DNA of 64,000 nt from Eledone cirrhosa (taxonomy: Eukaryota), in the NCBI GenBank assembly GCA_964016885.1, contig OZ024746.1, positions 53,258,001 through 53,322,000 on the forward strand, in the 5' to 3' direction. The position numbers and the translations under genes were made by a program. Positions 55,944 through 64,000 of this stretch are shown here, in pieces. Within the stretch, counting starts at the first letter, position 1. Each line of letters opens with the position of its first letter. Below the pieces are notes generated by a model, which had not been told where the DNA came from, ran no database searches, and saw nothing but the letters and a program-made list of their open reading frames with translations.

Positions 55944-56805
55944 CTGAAAGACAATGTAGAAAAATACATATAAATGTGTATATATATGAGTAAATACATA
56001 TAAATATATACATGTGAACATCCAACCCACACTGTAAATTGATCGTGTAGGTGACACGACAAAATGCACCCAGTCCACACTGTAAAGTGGTCATGTAGAA
56101 GACAACAAAAAGCATCCAATCCACACTGTAAAGAGGTCATGTAGGTAACACGATAAAAAGCACCCAGTCTACACTGTAAAGTGGTCGTGTAGGAAACACA
56201 GTAAAAAGGCTCCCAGTCCACACTAAATGTGGTTGGTGTTAGGAAGGGCATCCAGTCATAGAAGACCTTCCAGAAACAGTTCTATATGAGTGAGACACAG
56301 TCACTCGACCAATCTTGCCTCAAATGGGACAAACCTATCCAACACATGCTAGCATGGAAGATGGAAGTTAAACGATGATGATAATGATGATGATGATGTG
56401 TATGAGAACAGACTTTGTATGAGGCAGGTGCACAGGGACAAATCACCTTTTTTCAATCCGAGAAAGGATACACAGAAATGGTTGTTAACTTGTGCTGCCT
56501 TGTTTGTTGATCTAATGAACAGTAGTGGAGATTGCTCTGGGAGCATAGTAGTGAGAAGAACATGATGGAAAAAGGGGCCAAAAGACCGACCGTACAATGT
56601 GGGATTCTGTATGGTAGTGAGATATAAGCAGTCAATAAAAGGGATAAGTGAAAGCTGGAGACAAAGGAAGTGAGTATACTCCAATAAATGTGCATACTCC
56701 AGTATACTTCAAGTATGGATGAACTGAGAGAAAAGCCGAGTATAAGAGGAATGAAGTATGCAAGAGAGATGCCTGAGCTAGAACATTGACTAGAATACTT
56801 TATGG

Positions 56806-57106
56806 CAGGGGTTCTCAACCTTTTTTTCGCTGTGGACCACCACCAAAGTAAGTAATTTTTTCCTATGGACCACCTAAACTTTTAAATCTTTTGTAATAGA
56901 ACTGCTACTTATAAGCATCAGTAGATGGTTTTTTTTTTCAATGAATATGCTATTATCATGTCGCAGTGCCTAAAAATCTACGCAAATAAACAGCTGAAGT
57001 CGTACTTATGCGAAGAATAAGAACACCTATTGAAAATTTTCTGTGGACCACCTAAATTTTCCTGTGGGCCACTAGTGGTCCACATGGACCAGATTGAGAA
57101 CCCCTG
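56806..57106. mobile_element. hAT (Charlie-like) MITE
   Basis: TIR CAGGGGTTCTCAA/TTGAGAACCCCTG with 8-bp TSD CTTTATGG/CTTTCTGG. Confidence 0.85.
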
Positions 57107-58053
57107 CTTTCTGGTATTCTTTCTGGCTCTGTTCCATGTTTATGTATTGCTCAGATCAACTTTGCCTTTCATCCACTCAAGACAAGGTACCTGTCCAGTA
57201 CTGGGGCTAACTCTAGCAGATATCATCTGTGTTCAAAAATTGAACAGGAAAGAATTTCACAATGTTTAAATGCCATGCCTTGGACAATTAAACCTGTTAG
57301 AATTAAGGGGCAATGGATGAGGGAATATGTGTATGTATGTGGAAAGTATAAATATGTAGGATGTGAACAATTGGTTTAATTAAACATTTTGAAAGATTTA
57401 CTAAAATTGTTAAATATTTCATTAGCAAAACAGTGACTTAAAATTATGCTGGAACATTTTGATTTAAAACAGTTTTTCTCATTGAACCAGATCCAGTTTT
57501 AGCTGAGCTGATATCAAAAGAGTTAACGACCTGATAAATAAATATTTAAATGTGGAAATTACTAAATATTAGCATGCACATATGGAAATTACCAATGTAA
57601 ACATCCATATAACATAACAGATGTAATACATATATTAAAGATTTAATAAATATATTAAAGATGAAAACTACAAATATGTAAAATATTGCAGTAAACACAA
57701 ACACGTGACGTGTTACAGCTACTACAGTATTTGCAATCGAGTATGTCTTAGTAGCAAGTACCATGCCTTTGTAAAGTGTTTTGTGGACCCATTGTAATAG
57801 CGACGGGACACAAATGGTTTCCCTTGATCCAGTGGAATATCCAGCATATTATAGCTGGAAAGAGAAAGAGCTGCACCAACATTAGGTTGGTACTTTCTTG
57901 TGAAAACTCTATAAACTTATACTAAAGTGAAAGTGAAAATAAGATTAAAACGAAAGCGAGTGATGCACGTGAAAGTGAATGTAAAAATAAATAAACAAAA
58001 ATAAATGCAACATTTAACTTATACGAAGTAAATTTCCCCACATATTTTCATTA

Positions 58054-58225
58054 CAAATGGGGGGGGGGGGGGGGGGGCAGAATCCATGACTCACTTGATT
58101 ATTTATAGATTATTTATAAATAAAAACCTTATGAGGCCGTATTTAGAATTAAAATACAATAACAATAAAATAAGCATGTTAAGTAATATAACTAACAAGC
58201 GAGTCATGAATTCTGGTCCACCCTG
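58054..58225. mobile_element. mariner-type MITE, left TIR disrupted by a G run
   Basis: CAGAATCCATGACTCACTTG versus CAAGCGAGTCATGAATTCTGGTCCACCCTG-TA. Confidence 0.6.
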
Positions 58226-58895
58226 TACAGACGTACACACCCTCCCGGGTCCCCAATAATAGAAGTGGGGGAGGGTCATTTGCTTAAATTCTTATAAGCA
58301 GAGGGTGGGGTGGAAAACCGGTAATTGTATAGTGTTCGTTAGTAAATATGGGATTTCTTACAAGGTTATTTTTCTTTTGTCATATATAATGATTTTTTTT
58401 TTAAATTATTAAATTCTCCAGCTGCTGTATCAATATGAATCACTCACAGAAAGCTCGTTAGGTCGGTGCTTATCCCGGTTTCATGGCGTGAAACGACATG
58501 ACAGAGTACAAGACTCACTCCTGGGCAGGACGCCAGTCCATCACAGAGTACTCATTTTCAGCTGAGTATACTGGAGCAACATGAAATGTTTTGCTCAAGA
58601 ACGCAACAAGTAACTCAGCCCAAGAATCGAACCTACGACATTATGATCATAACTCCAACATCCTTACCACATATGGTAAATGTAATTTAAAATTACTATC
58701 TTTATTATAATTGTTTAATCAAAATGTCCACTACATCGGATATATATTACTTTTACAACACTTTCTTTACCAACCCCAAAAGGACGAAAGTCAAAGTGGA
58801 CTTTAGTGAGATTTGAACTCAGGATGCAGAAAAACTGAACAAATATCAATACTAAAACGACTCAAGCAAATAGATCCTTTTACATAGGGCGTAGG

Positions 58896-59067
58896 CAGTG
58901 CCGGGTTTTGGACAAATGAAGCCCAGTGCAAGTTAAGATATGAATGAGGCCTCAAACATTTCAAATATTTATCGTAAAAAATTCTTTTGACAGGAAGATA
59001 GGTCCCCCTGGCCAACGGGGCCCTGTGCCTAAGCACACCTCAGCACAATGGTGTAAATACGGCACTA
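58896..59067. mobile_element. hAT-type MITE
   Basis: TIR CAGTGCCG/CGGCACTA with perfect 8-bp TSD GGCGTAGG. Confidence 0.8.
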
Positions 59068-59599
59068 GGCGTAGGTAACCAATATAAAAAATATTACATA
59101 GAATATCTGACCAATGTTTACCAACGTAAAGCAAAGAAATAAGCATAAATGTTATTATAACTTACGTAAACAAATAATTAACTACGTTATATAATTTTTA
59201 TTTCAACAACGTTGTTTACATTATATTAATTAACGAATTAAATTAATGACTATAATTAGAAAAATATTGCACAAATCCAGTTTTCATAATACAAACAGAA
59301 AAACGCACATACAAGTACACACACACACACATATATATACACACACACACACACTCAAACATATACAAACAGAGGTACAGGATGTAACTAAATGCTATCT
59401 TTACCATGAAGTATCTAGTTACAGTTAAGTAGATTGAGCTGAGAAATCTCCTGGCCATAGGGCGGTGACCTGTGGCTAATTGACTCATAATCTATAGCAG
59501 GCATGGACAACCTTTTTCGAACAGTGGGCCCGCATAGGGTGTGGCTCATAAGGCGAGCCGCACTACAAAAAATTCAAGGCAATTGAGAAATTAAAGTAT

Positions 59600-60050
59600 A
59601 GGACGGTGGATTGACACCATCGGTAGCGCCTCAGACACTATGCTTTGCAGCACAGAGTTATGGCCCTTTGCGTTCTAAGTTCAAATCGAGCCGAAGTTAA
59701 CTTTGCCTTTCATCCTTACGGAGTCGATAAAATAAAGTACCAGTAATGTACTGGGTCGATTTAATCGACTTTCCCCTCTCCTTCAAATTGCTGGTCTTGT
59801 GTATGAAGTAGAAACAATTAATAAAATATAGGGCAGTGGATTGGCAGTATCGGTAGAACGTCGGACAATATGCTTTCTGGCATAGAGTTACGCCCCCTTG
59901 CGTTCTGAGTTCAAATGCAGCAGAGGTTAGCTTTGCTTTTCATCCTTACGGGGTCGGTCGATAAAATAAAACACTAGTATGCACTGAGATTGACTTAACC
60001 AACTACCCCCCTCCAAATTGTTGACCTTGAGACTAAAGTAGAAACAATTA
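59600..60050 (+). mobile_element. Two tandem Meta-like SINEs
   Basis: Family match. Confidence 0.72.
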
Positions 60051-61462
60051 TTAATAAAGTATGGTGTGATTTGAGGGCGATTTGGTTTCTATTTCCAGCA
60101 AGATGTCATGCTTTGAGATCGACCAAGATTAAAAACAAAGTGAACTTCTTAACCATTCGGCAAGGCTGTGTTCACCACACAATTATTTATAGAGCTGCAT
60201 TCGTTCATTCATACATAAATCAATAATGGTTTATTTGTATCATGACTGACTGCAAATCTAGGAATGAAAAATACAATATAATATAATACAATATTACAGG
60301 TGAATGTCTCCTAAATGTCCGAGGTGAATTACCATTAATTTAAATTATATCATTTCTCGATATATTTTTATGCTTTTAGTGACTTCGGTCATTGAACAGT
60401 GGCCATATTGTGTGGCACCATAATTGCTTTTTGTTTTTTTAATAATCTATCATACACCGACAAAGGCGGAGATGTAATAGTCATTAGAATGTCGAATTGA
60501 ATGATTTGCAGTAATCGTTCCGATTCTCTACACTCTGAATTCAAATCCCATCGAATCCAACTTTGTTTTTCATCCTTTCGCGGTCGGTAAATAAAGTACC
60601 AGTTCAATACTAGGGTCGATTTTTCCTCTACATCTCATTCTTACTTCCTTTGCTCTTTGGAAAGAATCGACTATGCTCTAACTTGGAGAGGGATGGGAGC
60701 CATCGAGGTTTAAAAAATATCACACCTAGAGTTAAGGGCCCATGGATGGATATCAACACCAGTCAGTATTCCAATCTGGTATATATTCATCGATATCTAT
60801 TTATAGAATAAATTGAACTTCTGGCGAGTCAAACTCTTTTACACAAATAAGGAATAAACCTTTGTCAATGGTCCAGTTGTTCGGAATTTTGCTTAGGAAA
60901 TTAACCTGCATGTGGCTGAGCATAGCATTGACACGTGTAGCCTAAAGGTAATTCTCAGGAAGATCCATCCAGTGCGACAAGGACGGAACTTTGAATTACA
61001 GATATAGCCCATTTAACTGGTTTAAAACTATATGGCTCAGGTTGACACGATATACTACCTTCTGTAGTTTCCAACACATCCACAAAGCAATGGTCAACAA
61101 TATTTATAAATTACACACACACACACATATATATGATAATGATTTCTCGTAAAGGCACAAGGCCAGTAATTTGTGGGGAGGGGAAAGTCGATTTGGTATT
61201 TTGAACCTGACAGAGCTAATCCTTCTACAGGTTGAGAAGACTGAATAGTGAGTAAAATGATAATTTTTTGTTTTTTAATGCGTAACGTAAATTACATTTT
61301 TTTTTCCACTAGAATGCAACGTGAACCTCCAATATGGCCACTAATTATCGGCTGAAACTGAACTATTAAAATAAGATATATTTGTGGAAAACGCACGATT
61401 TTATCACATTGGTAACAATGCCATTCATGTCATTCTGCAACAGGAATATACTATCTATCAAT

Positions 61463-61820
61463 AATTGTTTCTACTTTAGGCACAAGGCCAGCAAATATCC
61501 AGTGCATTACTGGTACTTTATTTTATCGACCCCGTAAGGATGAAAGGCAAAGTTAACCCCTGAACTCAGATCGTAAAGGGACGTAACTATGCTGGAAAGC
61601 ATGGCGTCCAGCATACTATCTATCAATAATTGTTTCTACTTTTGGCACCAGGCCAGCAATTATCCCAGTGCATTACTGGTACTTTATTTTATCGACCCCG
61701 TAAGGATGAAAGGCAAAGTTAACCTTGGCGGGATTTGAACTCAGATCATAAAAGGAGGTAACTCTATGCTTCAAAGCAAGGCGCCCGACCCTCTACCGAT
61801 ACTGCCAATCCACCGCCCTT
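61463..61820 (-). mobile_element. Two tandem Meta-like SINEs
   Basis: Family match. The second copy is very close to 12939-13125 in reverse complement. Confidence 0.75.
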
Positions 61821-62285
61821 ATCTATCAATAATGCCAATATTATAGACACTATATATTGTATAATTAATGTAAAGACTATGTTCTGATTTCGAATCACGC
61901 CAAGGACAACATACAAGTTAGCAAAAAGTACTAGTTGAGTACTTGATTCAGGAATGTACTAAAACTACAGGGATGGAGGATAATTCTCATAAGGTATGTT
62001 GATTTAATAATATTTTGCTTCTTAACAATTTATAGTAGTCTTTCTTTTATAATAGTCTAAAAGTAATATTTATACTTTTTATTCGACAAGCAAATTGTAT
62101 TTGTATGTATTAAATAATTATATGTTTATGATTTACAAAAGAAGCCATTCAAAAATAAAAGGACTCGTATAAATATATTTGGGACAGGCCAAGACACTCG
62201 TGCTCTTAACACAGCTAATAGCGAGGCTTTGGTACTGGGATAACCAAGCAAGCTCACTACTCTACTCGGGGTCAACATTATATAT

Positions 62286-63050
62286 ACAGTCGAGTCAGCT
62301 TAAGAGTATACCCTCGGGAATGGAAAATAGTATACTCTTATCCGGACTAAGTAAAAATATTCCATAGTATTATTATTTTGAGTCTTTCAATGATTAAAAT
62401 TTGCTTTATTATCGTTTAAAATGCATTTATAAGTAAAAAAAATGAAAGTTACACCAAAAATTTCAACAAGAATTATTGCAAATTATAGATAAATTAGGCA
62501 ATATTTCAACATTTTGGTATGCAATTTTTATTTCCTAAAAATGGTCCAAAATGCTTTTTTGCACTCGATTGCTCGCAATTTGTTTTTCAATCAATTCCTC
62601 GATCTCAGACAGAGTATAATTTTCAAAATTTTCAAACGATTGCATCATATAGGACCGTACAGTCAACAAAACGTTTATTCCTTCTTTTCCAGAGATCTAA
62701 AATATTGATAAATGATTAAAGTTATTCATATAAATATAAAAATAATACATACTAACCTTTGAGTAATGGATAAAGCAGAGCGTTTCAAAGACATTTTTAT
62801 GACAAGGAATTATTTTGTATTTGCATATATGAAACTTTAAATTGCTTTTAGAATGATTGTATAAATGACATCATCGCATTTCATTTTGGATTGTTTTAAA
62901 ATGGTTATGTTACATAATAAGCCCAATTTACTTTACCGTATTCATTATACTCTTATTCGGACTATATTATATAGAAAATATATAAACGGGAATTGATTAT
63001 GCTATACTCTTAAACGACCTATACTCTTATCCCATATACTCTTAAGCGTA
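62286..63050. mobile_element. Probable pogo/Tigger-like non-autonomous element
   Basis: Starts TA-CAGTCGAGTC..TTAAGAGTATA. Repeated TATACTCTTA subterminal motifs at both ends. Confidence 0.45.
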
Positions 63051-63675
63051 TATATAAATAATTAGGAGGCGAAGCAAGTCGAATAGAGCCGACATAACTT
63101 CGGCCGTTTCTCCACTCACTCAATGAACAACTAAGTTCAAATTATTAAAATTCGAACCCAGCTGGTCAGAGAGTGCACATTTTGCACTCTGTTAATCAGT
63201 GAGGAAGACAACTTCATGTGGTTAAAATATTGGTAGGGGCCGAAACTGGCAAGTCCATTTCAACGACCGATGACGCTGAAGTTCTGTCTTTCGTCTGTAT
63301 TTTTATTTTCAAAAAATTATTGTTTAAGGTTTTCTCTTAAAAAAAAGTTTTTCGTTTTGCCTTGTTTCGTTCGTTGTTTTGTCCTCTCTTTGTTGATTTT
63401 TCTAAGTTTATCAGAGTCATTAGAACGTCAGATATAATGCTTTATGGTATTCGTTTCGGCCGAGTTCAAATACAACCAAGATCAGCTTTGTCTTTCATCC
63501 TTTCGGGGTCGATAAAAAAAAAGTACCAGTCTAGTATTACTAGCATCGATTTTTCCTATCTCTGGAATAAAATCTGCGGTATTAAGGCCTGGAGAAGGAT
63601 GAGCTCCGCCAGACTTAAATTGCCCAAGAAACGGTGTATGCCCCTACAACTGTCAATAGTTACGGGACCACACAC

Positions 63676-63729
<54 letters not shown>

Positions 63730-63768
63730 GGAAAACGAAGAATCAGTGATGCATCGAAACAATTTATT

Positions 63769-63861
63769 ACGTATTACAATTGTTTCTCCGGCGAACAGCT
63801 CGGGGTCCCATCTGTTTGTGGATCGAACCTGACTCTGGATTCGCAAGTTCCTCAGATACGT
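63769..63861 (-). ncRNA. Type I hammerhead ribozyme motif with an extended stem II
   Basis: Minus strand: ACGTAT-CTGAGGA-(~60 nt including GCGAA/TTCGC pairing)-GAAA-CAATTG-TA-ATACGT. Perfect 6-bp stem I, palindromic stem III. Confidence 0.7.
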
Positions 63862-64000
63862 CTAGTGACTTCGAAGCAAATCCTCTTTCTGTGCTTCGAA
63901 GTAGAAACAATTGTAATACGTAATAAATTGTGTTCCGATGCATCACTGATTATTCTCTTTCCATATTATTATACTCTGCTCCGAAGTAGCAAACCTTCCT

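Noticed and set aside
55944-64000. Upstream Musashi RRM1 exon (IDPKVAFPRR-like)
   Set aside because: Not found by eye; presumably beyond the window end.

Overview
AT-rich, microsatellite-dense eukaryotic genomic DNA. The repeat landscape suggests an octopod cephalopod (inferred, not verified). The window lies inside one minus-strand gene, a Musashi-family RNA-binding protein. Five GT-AG exons (55851-55943, 39708-39756, 20000-20082, 17336-17423, 1879-1959) splice in frame to give RRM2 and the start of the G/Y/P-rich tail; the RRM1 and 3' exons were not found in the window. The introns (2.6-19.6 kb) hold tRNA-derived SINEs, piggyBac/hAT/Tc1-mariner-type MITEs, a tandem non-autonomous Helitron and satellites. 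The most striking hidden signal is about a dozen type I hammerhead ribozyme (HHR) motifs from several families. They sit in short ORF-less elements, mostly next to (TA)n tracts, and look like Penelope-like or retrozyme derivatives. Several are built as near-perfect palindromes with a 1-nt spacer and carry a hammerhead on both strands; several are sense to the Musashi pre-mRNA. Also notable: a tRNA-Arg body with a Gln (TTG) anticodon fused to a SINE tail, and a 1.9-kb intronic satellite that reads as about 80 Musashi binding elements (GUAGU) on the sense strand. All structures were read by eye; repeat boundaries are approximate.
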